Below are positions 26,194 through 39,500 of a stretch of 64,000 nucleotides of DNA, in pieces. Position 1 is the first letter of the stretch. Each line of letters opens with the position of its first letter. The stretch comes from Phoronis australis (Eukaryota > Animalia > Phoronida). Below the pieces are notes generated by a model that worked only from the letters and a program-made list of their open reading frames with translations, made no database searches and was not told the DNA's origin. Made by a program: the position numbers and the translations under genes. The stretch is taken from NCBI GenBank assembly GCA_002633005.1, contig NMRA01000741.1, positions 62,001 through 126,000 on the forward strand, written 5' to 3'.

Positions 26194-27511
26194 TTATGTA
26201 GTCATTCATTCTTTTTAAACAATATGGACCTGTGAGAAATCCGGCGCGGGAGCGCCCTGGCTGTTCACTTTCCGTCGAAATTTGACTTTTCCGCGTTCCG
26301 GTTTGCCAGCCGATCATATGATCAATGTGTTCACGTACCCTTCTAGCCATGTCTCTGGCAACGTCAGCATCGAGCTAACAACAAATACTAATGATCACAA
26401 TTATGAATTGGAAATTCCTCACAGTCCATATTTTTTTCTTCGTTTCGTTCGTTACGTTAGTAGTTACTCGGGATATTAGTCACTTGATTACAGGGAAACC
26501 AGTTACTTATTACTTTGCATCCAAGTTAATCTGGTTATGTTTACAATCCGACTCTATTAACGTACTTGATACTACTGTTTTCTGAATCCTCTCGCCATGG
26601 TGATCATGGCGATTCCAAAAATGTATTACTCGTACTGATTAGGGTCTTCTTATTCATTCATTCACTGTTTTTACGGTCGATGTGTTCATTTGCGGCAGCC
26701 GATTTCGTGTGACCGCCATTATAAAACTGCGAAACCTCTCGGCAGTAATGATAAAATACAATGGTCACGCGTGTGTCAGAAGACCCCAAAATTTGGCTAG
26801 TATATTGAAGATACCACGTGGCACATTAGGGAAACGCTTAAGTAAAAAATTGTAATAGTCATTTATAAATAATTGCCTCTTCAAAACTTCTTCTTTAGAA
26901 AGAACACGAGAGTGTGTGTTCTCGCAGACAAATATCATCCTCGAAAACACTTGACATCTCAGGGATATGATTTCGGCTCGTGTTATGGCGGACATGTGTC
27001 GTCTGAGAGACAAAAACTGTTTCAAACAAGTGGAATTAGGTAATAAGATAACTAGTATCACCTTGTTTCCAGTTATCAGAGATATTCCTAGACTGCACCA
27101 TTATTGCATAAAAAAGTAAAAAGGCGCGGGTACATTGCAGCAGTGAGCCCCCCCCCAGGCGCATTCTTTAAAACACACCACTTCCAAAAATGCAAGATTC
27201 TAGTCAAATTACAGTCAGTTGTGTAAAACATGACTGTCTTCTTATTTCGATTTCTGTTTCACATGTTGCCACTTTAATTACACTAAGTCTGCTGAGCACA
27301 CTTTTTATCATCATGAATGCCCAGAGGGCACAGGTTCAAACCTGGTCAGGAATATCCCTGCAGTTATCTAACAAAAGCTGTTGTGTTTCCGTCTTTTACA
27401 AAATATTAATTACAGTTACACATAAGGGGATCTTATTGTATAGATTGCTATGCTAACCAAATGTCTGCTTTCTAAGAGTTCGCTCGTTTAGTTTCAGGTG
27501 CATCATAGACA

Positions 27512-30500
27512 ATGGCGGACAAACTGACCAGAATCGCCATTGTTAACTCGGACAGATGCAAGCCTAAGAAATGTCGCCAGGAATGCAAAAAATATTGTCC
27601 AGTGGTCCGACAGGGTGAGCATCTTTACCCTTCCTGTACTGTTCTCGTAATATTGAAACTTCAGAAATTTGTTCAAAATGCTACGAGATTGTTACAAGTA
27701 TGTGGTGACTGGATGAACGTGGTGATTAACTTTCAGATACGACATTTTGGTATGGCAGTCGCTATTCCAGTGCGTGTCCAGGCGTACTTTTGTTTCTGTA
27801 GATAGCATGGTGGATATTTCAGAATAAGTGGAGGCAGACAAGAACCAATTGGGAAATTGTTTGGCCTTGCGTTTAACAAAAATACAGTTCCCTGATTACC
27901 TTGGAGATAATTTTCTTTATTAATTACTGTTCACCTAGCGTGCATCTTACTATCCACGGAGCAAATAGAATGTGATTTCCTCTGAGCGACAACAGTATCC
28001 TACTCATTGTTAAACACAGTCTGTATTGGTCATTAGGGTTTGATCAAATGAACGCAGGACCAACATGTGGGCGTTCATTTGTTTCATGGATAGTAAAGAC
28101 AGATCAAAGGAGCAGCAATTAACTTGCATTTTAAATGTCACTTAAGATATATTTTTAATAAAAGTGACATCAAATGCTGTTGCTTTCTTGTTTAAGAATG
28201 GCAGAGACGGTGATGTGTCAGTGTTCTCAGGCAGTCATATTTTGCGGCTTTTTTTCACACAACTGGGCTAAAGTGGAGCGGACCCATATTGAATTTATGG
28301 GTACATCACCTTAGAAGCTATTTTGATCAGTTGTTGGAAATTAAATAAAACTACAAATAAAAGAAAAACTAACAGTTTCATTTCTTAGTTGTCTTTCATT
28401 ATTTCCCAATGATTAAATTCCTCACCTCATGTATCCAATATATGTTGTGGTTCAATCTCTGCTGGTGTCAAGATTTCTCAACTTTTTTCATTCATTATTT
28501 GGTTCCTAAAGATTGAGATGGACCTCAACAGTTTTGAAGGGCGGGTCCACTGAACCTCAGTGTTTGGAAGTGACAGGCCAACTCCATATACGTACTGACA
28601 TCATTGCTTTTCTTATTAACATATTTGATTTTGTTTTGGTTAAATTATTGGTTTATTGAAACAGCAGTTTGAAAAAGTAATTCATGTGATTTATTTGTAG
28701 GAAAGCTGTGCATTGAAGTGGAATCTACAGATAAGATAGCTTTTATCTCAGAACCCATGTGCATCGGATGCGGTATATGTTCCAAGGTAAGCTCCCTAAG
28801 TGGGGGTGAGGGATACCCTGCTAAACTTTGATGTACTAGAGCCCCCTGAGCCACAATTTTTGGGCCATATATGTAACAGAGCAAGTCTCCAGTGAACATC
28901 AAAAATGTGTATTTCACCTCATCACGTATACATTTCAGTTCAGTTACACGTCATGATAACGCTCAATTTCATATAGGCAAAGGAAAGGAAACACCATTCT
29001 CCAAAGCCTGTCGCTAGCGAAGTGCCCGACACATACTGTCACGCCCGCATGCCCATGTAACAAAGGCGCACTGAGACGCAACGAAAACATTAGCATAAGA
29101 ATAAATGAAAAACAACTAAATAAGCATAACAATAAATGTACTGTTGCTAACGTCCCGTCACTTATATATGAAACATAATTTAAAATCACACAAAGTTATT
29201 TATGCTGGCCAGAACACTCATGTCAAACAATAAAAATTTTCTTCCAAATTAGATTGGATTCAACTCTTTCCAACCCAGGATCCCGATGTCTTCCTTGGGG
29301 CCAAAGATCAATCTCATTACCCTCTGTAAAACATTGAAAAGTAAAATTGTAAATCGGTGTGAGAGGGAGGGGGCAGGCTCTTGAATTAAAAAATTGTTGA
29401 TGGTTATGTTCAGAGCAAATAAAGAGGTTGTTCCTGAAAACAATAACAAAACATCACTGTCTGTTAGGTGTTTTTGGTCCACAAATTTGGGACTGGGTAT
29501 TCTCAATTGTTTTATGCCGCTGAGTACATGTGCACGGAATCCAGTTCTGATACATTATTTTCTTAATTCTGCACTGCAGTCTCAATTTTTCAACTGGTAA
29601 CTATCCTCGCTGGTTGAGATCTGAGTAGCACAAACTTTAGCATGTTTTCTTTTTTTACGATCAGCTTTTTTGTTTTGCTATTTAAGAACTGAGACGACTG
29701 TCAGTGATTGCAATGCCTGAACACTTTAGTGTTTCACCAAAAAGTCTCATCTGGATGTCTGCATGATCAGAATACTCGGTTCCTATAACACATGCAGGGG
29801 TTTGTTTATCTTAAAAATCGGCAGTTTCGAAAGTTTGGGTGTTGTCTCTCTGCTTTCTTTAGTGTAGGTGGCGCTGCATGAAGTACTACGTCATCAACGC
29901 GTAAAAGCTTGTGACCTCCTTTGTCATGGTTCATCATAACCTCTTTTTGATACAGATGGATTTGTAGGAGGGTATTGGAATCCATGTGTATTAGAAAAAA
30001 TGAGCGTACTATATATCAAGATGAAGGAGTTCACAAACTTTGCTGCGTTTATGACTTAGTGCTTCATACAGCGCCACCTACACTGAAGAAGGCAGAGACA
30101 ACACCCAAGCCCTCGAAAGCTTCTGCCGATTTTTAAGATCCTTAGGTGTGTTCTAAGAGCTGCAAACTTACCCGTTGACTTGGCTTATGCTCATATTTGT
30201 CCTGCTAGAGTTAATACCTTAATGATCTAAGTATCCCCGCTGTGTGCTGTAGTTTATGAACAGTGGAGTGGGATATGTTTTTGTAACACTTACCTCCTGT
30301 ACCATCGGTATTTGCAGGTCATTGTGTATTCCTCTACACAGTCATGTTCCTGTTTCAGAAATGCCCGTTTGAGGCAATAAGCATTATAAACTTGCCCAGT
30401 AATCTGGAAAAGGAAACGACGCATCGGTACAGCGCCAACTCATTCAAGCTGCACAGACTTCCAATGCCGCGACCCGGCGAGGTCCTGGGTCTGGTCGGCA

Positions 30501-33500
30501 CCAACGGTATCGGCAAGTCCACAGCGCTCAAGATTCTGGCGGGAAAGCTGAAACCGAATCTGGGACGGTTGGAGGTGAGTGTTTGGCTACATAGGTTGGT
30601 AAAGATTACATTCTGTTGCATTCAAAGCTGTTGTTAAGGCCGGCTGTCAGTGTACCTAACTTATTCATACGTGTGCCCTGCCAGTATTTTTGCTTGCATT
30701 TCAGGTGAAATTATCAGGTGAGCGATTCACAGATGTGGACAAATTTAAGACATGCCCTTTTGAATTAGCTCAGTATAAGTTTCTAAACTCCAATTATTAA
30801 ACAACAAATGAGTACAAATCGTACTTAATTATACCAAGTTTGGAAAATAGATGCGACACTCGTATAGACTTACGCCCATGTTCAACTAATTCGTATAAAA
30901 ACTTCTTAAAAGTGCCTGTGTCTTTGTGAATGCCCATCTCATAAGACTTATAGCTCTCTAAATGTACCCAACTCATTTAACTGTTGGTAACAAACAGTCA
31001 CTTTCAGAGGCATCTTGCCATATTTGGGCTGGAAAGTACCCATTTTTTATGGAAGAAGATGTGAAATGATTCATTTTGCTCCTCCGTATTTTATTATTAT
31101 CATTGTGCGAGTGAATGGATCGTTTGGAAAACCGCCCAACCCTGCTTTCAAAAATTTTGTTTTAAATAGCTATGCTTGGATTCATGCCCACTGGTTTCTG
31201 AATTTCCCAATGGCATTAACCGGGATTAATGTCCTATTACCAGTTCTGTGTTATGTGATTTATTTTGTTCAAACATGAGCTAGTCCAATAATCCAAAAAT
31301 AAACTTACGAAGAATCCAAAGAGGACAAGCATGCTTGCATTGTCTGCATAGAATTTTATGTGGCGTGGCACTTTGTATCTTTCAGGAGAAACCAGATTGG
31401 GCTGACATATTGCTGAACTGGCGCGGCTCTGAGCTGCAGAACTACTTTCAGAAAATCCTGGAGAATGATCTTAAGGCAATCATCAAGCCACAGTATGTTG
31501 ATCAGATCCCCAAAGCTGTCAAGGTTAGTACATGCGTCTGCAGGCTCCTCGATTCTACAGTTGTCGGGCTGAATATCTGCCTCATAAATTGTTTTTCTAA
31601 GAACACCCTTTGGCAAATGCTTAAAAAACTAAAAGTAATTGCTGGCGGTCTGGTACACGTTATACCAGATGTTTGCATGCCATGCATGTGAGCCCTTTGC
31701 ACTGATCAGTTGGAACTTTTTTGTGCTTTATCAAGATGTAGTTAAAACCGAGCTGAGGATCTAGAAACCTGACTCAAGGGTCGAGCAGTGTGCCCTAATG
31801 GGACTCAACCCATGACCTCAAGTAAAGAAGGTGGACACCTATCCCACTAAGCCACGCTACCTCCTGTATGTTGGCAAGTGTTCCCTGCAGTTCAAAATAT
31901 CCCCTGGTTACGCCAGCAGTAAAAACCAATGGCACTCCATCCAAACCCACTTTTCCTTTTCACAGATTTCGTTCCTCCGTTCTCGAGCTCAAGCTGGTGA
32001 TCTCTACCGCCTTAGCTCTCCATGATTGCGTCCAAATGTTTTAGTCGCTGTGCGTCGTTCTATTGGGAAACGTTAAAAAACCTGCAAATTTATTATTGTG
32101 GCCTCAAATGTAATGCCATGTACCCGTATGCAGAACATTTTTTGGGTATACGTGTAGGGTGGGTCTGTTTGCTGAAATTGCCTGTATGTATCAAGACACT
32201 TGCCCTTATTGTTGTGTTGTAGTCTATTCAGTTTGAAAAACCCTGGTTAATAGTGTTGCACTTAACCAACGGAGTGTTTGAAGCCTATCTTCAATGCTAA
32301 CACATGTAATTTTGGTTTCTAGAATATGTTAAGAGCATCGCTTTGAGCCCACGAGTAAAATGTAATGAACTGTGTTATGAACTGTTAGGCTTCTTGGCTT
32401 GCTTTTGTCTACGTCACCGTGAGAACCACTTTTTAATTCAAACAGCTGTGGGTAACGCCCGCACACGATGGTGACCTATTCAGACCCCGTATTCAATACA
32501 ACTGTTATTGGCCGTTGTTGTTTGTTCTGGGTTCTCACGGTGACACAATATGGCAACTTCGCCTAGGGCTGTTCCAGCAAAATCTGTATGGGAGGGGGGG
32601 AAGGCACTTTTATTTCGTACTCACCGCCCGTATTTTTCATTTATTTCTCCAACCCATGACCCATAATTTTTTAATTATTTTTAATAGGTTAAAATATAAA
32701 ATCCAACACTTGCAAACAAACTGCCTCCAGGAGGACCTGTTAAGAACTTAGATGATTGACAGACAAGAACTAGTTGTCTTGTCCAATATTGTCAAAAACT
32801 AAAGTAGCCTGTGAGCAATACTTTTGGCAGCCACCAGGTGTCTCTGTTCACCATGTGTCTATAATTTCAATGAACATTTTTCAATTATAAGGATCTATGA
32901 ATCTCAAACTGTCTCCACGAACTCTTTTATACTTCTATGTTAAGTGAATATTGGAACTTGTTTATCTTACTCCTCATAATTTTTATTTAAAAATCATCAA
33001 TTTTCTTATATGTGTTAACACCAGTTTAGTGTTGCATAACTTTTCAATTCAATAGGACTGCAGACAAACAGTTGGCTCAAATCAAGTTGCCCATGACTTG
33101 ATTAATGGCTTAGTGAACATATTGCACTCTGTTCACTAGCAATATGGGCTTTTTTGTATTGGCTTGTTTTGAGTTTTGAGGGCTGAAGTAACCAACCTGT
33201 CAACATTAACAGGACAAAAAATACCACCCATTTTTAAAGCATCACTTCTTACAGGAACGACCACCCATAATTTGTGTTTTTTCCTGAAGACCACCACCCA
33301 TGAATTTTTATTTCTACTGCCGTCCCCCCCCCTCCCACACGGATTTTACTGGAACAGCCCCTATCATTTGATGGCCCTACATTTGAGTGTTTAAACTTGC
33401 CTTTTCTTATTTTGCTAATGGTTTGCTAGGAGTATCCGGTCAGCCCAATACATCAAAAATAACAAAATTCCGTTGAAGTTAGGCGTTAATTCACTTATGT

Positions 33501-36500
33501 TTCTCCGCAGGGCTCTGTACAAGATTTGCTAAATAAAAAAGATGAAATGGGACTTCAAGGTCAAGTCTGCACAGATTTGGGTAAGTGGGGTTTAAATTTT
33601 GATTTAGTTTTTTGTCAACAACTAAAACTACAATGGAGTATGAAAATGTATTTTGATTTCGAATTTATAGCATTCGACGATATATACCTATGTGTGCAAG
33701 TGACATGCATTAGCTGACCTCAGATTGTAGATGTGAAGTGCTGATTAATAAACAAAGACTTATGAAAATATATTGAAATACCAGTAGTTTTATTATCAAT
33801 ACTGTTTTAAGCACATTCTATTTACACTAATCAAAACGGAATTAAATAGTAATGATAGGCTCAATGTGAAATGATGAAATACTTTTCGAGTGTGGAAAAT
33901 CATGAAAAATTAAAACTATGATTATAGTGGTTACTGTTTATTCAGTATTTGACAGTTTGTTTATTCTGGGCCTGAGGTCTAATTTTTGTACTCGAAATCA
34001 AGCTCAAAATTGTTGATGACATTTTCCAACTTTAATCTGAACTAAAGGTAGTTGTTTTTGTAAGTGCTTGAGTGTCTTGTCCAAATTTTAATAGTAAATT
34101 ATAGTAAGAACTTGAGATTTTAAGTGAAAAATTTCAAAAATAATTTTGAGTTCCAATTTCGAGTATAAAGATTTAGATCCCTAGGCACTGGTCTTCCTCT
34201 ATTGTAGATCTCCATGGAGTGCTTGATCGTAATGTTGAAGATTTGTCTGGTGGAGAACTGCAGAGATTTGCTTGCGCCATAGTGTGCATACAAAAGGCTG
34301 ATGTGTATGTGTTTGACATAAAGTCTTGCTAACTACTTCCTCAGTGTTTATTAGTCCTCAGCAGTGAGAAATCACCAACTTATGCACAAGTAAAACTTCA
34401 CTCGAAACACATGGGATGCCCAGATTTGTTAAAGTCACTATACACCTGCTAATGACTCCATCTGATGGTAAATCTTGGAAACTGGTATGTTTACATTCAC
34501 CTGACAGTCACATTGTTTTGAGTGCTTAAAATGACAGCTTGAGATGTTTTCTAAGAGGTCAAATTCAATTTGGCATTGAATTTTGGCAAAGGATAGTGTA
34601 CTTGGGCTTTAATGAGGTACTTTTCGAGTCATCTTTGTGCAAGTTCCATTTGGTGCACTCATGATATCGGATCCTCAGACGAGACTTAAGCAAAATTAGT
34701 GCTCTCACCCCTTGCTGCTGACAGTTTATGTTGCTCTGAAGCTTGCAAAGAGCAACTTCAGTTTGATGGAAAGGCAAAAGTTAACTGTGACACTCCAAAG
34801 TCAACTAACACTTATTTTCAATCAGGTGTCGCCTGTTGCATTTAATTGTGTCAACACAACTTGTGTCTGCCTTCAGGTTTATGTTCGACGAGCCATCGAG
34901 TTACCTGGACGTGAAACAGAGGCTGAAAGCAGCTGAGGCCATTCGCAAATTAATTGGTGACAACAACTATGTCGTTGTCGTGGAGCACGACCTGTCTGTG
35001 CTGGACTACCTATCTGACTTCATCTGTTGTTTGTACGGTACTCCCGGGGCATACGGAGTGGTAACTATGCCCTTTGGTGTCAGGGAAGGTAGGAAGCAAT
35101 GGGGGTCTTCTGATTTAAGTGCAAATTTACCTGTCATTGCTTAGCACAGCCTGTTGTTGGGTGATTTAGAATTGGCGTAACTCAGACTCGTAAATGTCAA
35201 ATTTTCACTTAAGTCAGACAAAGTTCTGTGGTAAAGTTGTTTTTTTGTACTCTCGGATCACTCTGATTACATCTAACTCCAATCAAATATCCAAGTCTTG
35301 TTGGGTGAGGTTTTCTTGATTATTAATGATGTCAGTTCTTCGCCACAATAATTCAAAAAATTTAAAATAGCCACAATCACGAAGAAATTTAATGTAAAGC
35401 AATACAGCATTTCGCATTTTTGTTTAACTTAAACGTTTTTTGTATAGTACTCCTGTGTCCTGCAGGGTGGTCACCATAATCTTAAGTGTCCCTTGGGAAA
35501 CACTACAAGAAGACGGCTGTTTTCTGTGGCTGTTGTTTTTCGTAGTTGTCTCCCCCACCCACAATATTTCATGTGACGTGTGTTTAAACGTTTCCAATCT
35601 ATCTACACCTGTAAATCTCATGTACAGAACAGGGCCAACGTAATCAGACAAAATGGCATTCCTCATCATGACTGCAAAAATTATGTAATGATTATTATTA
35701 TGCTGGCAAAATTCTAATCACAAAATGGCTTGGCCACCTTTCAAACTTTTTTATTAATTTGCCTTCATCTCGATAACGAGGGAAAGCTACTTTGATGATG
35801 AATTCAGTTACTGCCCAGTCTTCATAATGTGGAGTTTAGGGCCATTTTGTGTGAATACTTTTTGTCCTGGTCTGTATTTAACTACAGGTGAATTTCACTC
35901 TGGTGGAAGGCATGTGAAGACTTTTGAACAAAATGGAGTTGAAATAAAGAATTGAAAAACTGTTGTTGAAATTGAAATGCATGTTTTTAGCAACTTTGTT
36001 GTTGTTTGCAGGAATCAACATTTTCCTAGACGGTTTTGTGCCAACAGAAAACTTGCGTTTCCGGGAAACGTCACTTATCTTCAAGGTGTCAGAGAACGCC
36101 ACAGATGATGAAATCAAGCGCCTGTCAAGATATCAATACCCAGCTATGACAAAAACTTTAGGTTAGTTGGACTCTTGTTATACATTTTCCCTTATATTGT
36201 CTGTAACTCGACATGTGAAGCAAAGTGAATATGCTGTTGCTATACTTACACCTACATAGTTTCACATGTTAACACAGCTCAGGGCACCGATAAACTCATT
36301 TTATCGACTCACAAATGCATGTCTGAACTCACAAACATGGCTCTCCAGTCACCAAACACGATGCATTGATTCACAAAACTTGGCTTAAGCACCCAAGAAA
36401 CGCAGTTCACAGATTTGCAAACTTGTGCCTGTATGCACAAACTCAGCTCTCTTACTCTGACGTTCACTGTGTTAGGTGCTCAGTGAGCCATGTAATTTAG

Positions 36501-39500
36501 TCATGGGAGGTGATTTGTCCTTTTGCGATATGAATCTGTCGATTGTACATTAGTCTCGAAGTATTAGAAGTGGTAGTGCTTTTTATTTTACGCCATATTC
36601 AAACAAATACATTGTAGGTTTGTGGAAGGCTTTATTCAAGTCTACAAAAAATAATCTACACCAATCATTGTCATCCTGTCTTTTCTAAATGTTGTTGTCA
36701 AACTATGCTGACTTCAAAGCAAGAAATGAGCACCATTTTACTTTGCAGGTACATTTCACCTGGAGGTGTGTCCGGGTACATTCACCGACTCGGAGATCAT
36801 CGTAATGCTGGGAGAGAACGGTACGGGCAAGACGACGTTCATACGCATGATGGCAGGACGACTCAAGCCAGACGATGACTCAATAGGTATGTAACCTTTG
36901 GATTGTTCAGTTTTTGGCGAAACTTGGCACAAGGATATCTGGCGGAGCATGTGCCAATACCAGCCGTTTTTCACTACTGTATCAACCTTTGTTTGTAATT
37001 GTATGCACCCACATATTATGCTGTCATCCTGTTTGACATTTGTTCGCTGACGGATGTCGTGAAATTTTAATCCTATCATGGATGGGACAGCTTGAGTGCA
37101 ATGCAACTGCTTGTTTTGGACTGGATTCGATGTACTGTACGCCTCTTAGTGGCCATTTTATTTCCAAGTCTGATTTTTGGCATCTGCCTCTCATCACTGT
37201 AACCACTCTAAAGATCTTTATGATAATTGGCATATGTGTTCTTACTGGGAAGAGTACAGCTGACGATGATTTTCAGGTGTGTCCAAGTTCTGCATCTCTG
37301 TCTAGTGGCGTTTTATTCTGCGTTTGTCTCAAAATGCACAAAGTTCCTCGGTAAATCATTCGTGTACTCGGATTTTAGATTAGTCAGATTTCACCTCACT
37401 CGCACAAAATCTCTTAATCTGATCGAAAGCGAGTTACCTGAGTTTTATTGCTCGTGTATTAAGTGTTATGAATGAACAAGTCCCCTTTCATTCACTGCAG
37501 GCCAGCCGCCTACTCTGAACATTAGCTACAAGCCACAGAAAATCAGTCCCAAGTCACAGGGCACAGTGCGCCAACTCTTGCATGACAAGATTCGTGACGC
37601 CTACATCCACCCGCAGTTCATCTCTGATGTCATGAAGCCCCTACAGATGGAGCAGTTGATGGACCAGGAAGTAGGTGGCACTGTCTTTTGTTTCGGTAGC
37701 ATTTGTTGTTACTTATAAAGAAATGTCAGTTTTGAGATTTGAGAAGCAGGAAGTAGGTGGCGCTGTAGCATGTGTGATGCTTGTTATGAGACCAATTTTT
37801 GTGGTTGATGGACTAGGAAATAGTTGGCGTTGTTGTGTTTTTTCTTAATTGTGTAAATCCGTGTGAGTGATGTACACTTTGCAACACAATTAGACTTCTA
37901 GTCGCAGAAGACGTTGGATGTTTTAAGTGCATTCCTTAGCAAAGAAAGCAAATGGGTTACTGCACACAGGATGCGCTCGCAGTCACCCACATTTTAACCA
38001 TGTTGACGAGTGTGATTTAGTGAGATATGAACCAGTGATTTTTTCTGGCTATAAGAGGTTACTGTTGTCAAACTTAAGTTGAACTTGAATTAGACACTAT
38101 AATTGTCTCTAGCAGCTCTTTTCTGCTTCTATTAAGGACAATCACACGTCATGGTTCCCAGGGATCTTGAAAAGCACTTAAATTCGACTTCCGACCTTGA
38201 AAAGTACTCAAATTTAACATCAGTCTTGAATAGTATAACTTGAATTTTGTGTATTGGCCTTAATATTATCTCCATTGTGTTGCAAAATTATAATATTAAG
38301 ACTTGTTTTTGATAATTTTTCATCAAGACCACCGGAAGCCAGCTGTTGGCACAGACTGCATTTTTTACTTGAGAAATTTCAAACAGAACTTAATGTTTTG
38401 TGGTCATAAACAATTGTGTGAATTTTGCAAAAACGTTCTCGGAAAGACCTTGAAATTGGGCTGGAAGTACATGACAAGTTATTGAATATGATAGTGGTGA
38501 ACAAGTGGGAACCACACACGTCACAATGCAATAGAATAAGATAATGTTTGAAACTGTAGCTGTTCTAAACAACTATCGTGGTGTTGCTACAGGTGCAGAA
38601 TTTGTCCGGTGGTGAGTTACAGAGAGTCGCGATTACGGTCTGCCTTGGCAGGCCTGCCGATGTGTACCTTGTTGACGAACCTTCAGCCTACCTTGACTCA
38701 GAACAGCGTCTGCACGCTGCAAAGGTCATCAAGAGGTGAGGAGGTCAGATGAGGTCAAAGGTGGCAAGTGGTTTTGCTTAACTGGAATTGTGTCACTTGT
38801 ATTGATTCGTATTCAACTGAAATTCTTAGTTGAGGTTGTTGTAACTACAGTAGTTTCAAGGTTTTTCATTTTGGTTGAGTTAAAAATATTTGAAATGATT
38901 AAATTGATATGAAATGACTATTCGCGGAATATTTTAATCTCTGATTTGAGCATGTGCTGCCACATTATAAACAGCCGAACTGAATGGGTACTCATAGTGA
39001 TGTGTTCATCCAAAATAAGTATTTTGTTTGATGTTGGATTTCAAGCCTATGATTAGCTGAGATCTCTTTATTCACGTGAAATAGTTTCAATCCCGAATAT
39101 GAGGCTTGCAAAACTCACTGGTTGTTGTGTAATTATTTCTTGCGATGTACCCACTTATTGCTGTTTGTTTTGTTTGTACACAGAATGGGTGGGTAATTTT
39201 GTCATCTCTTGTGTTAAGGTTCATTCTCCATGCTAAAAAGACAGCATTTGTAGTGGAGCACGATTTCATCATGGCTACGTATCTCGCTGATCGCGTAATT
39301 GTGTTCGATGGTGAACCAGCTTTAAGTACCAGGGCAAACACGTAAGTGAAAAACACGGTTGCGCTGCTGAAAAACAATGAATGTTTTCTTAGGACCATAA
39401 GCCACGTTTGTACTGTCTTTTTTCCATGTTTTGTAACGATTTTCTTGCCATTCATTTCATAAGTCTTTCATAATGGCACTGTGTCTTACCAGGAAATTGA

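Noticed and set aside
28512-28605. H/ACA snoRNA before ABCE1 exon 2
   Set aside because: Two hairpins and a terminal ACA are possible, but there is no H box and the hairpins overlap.
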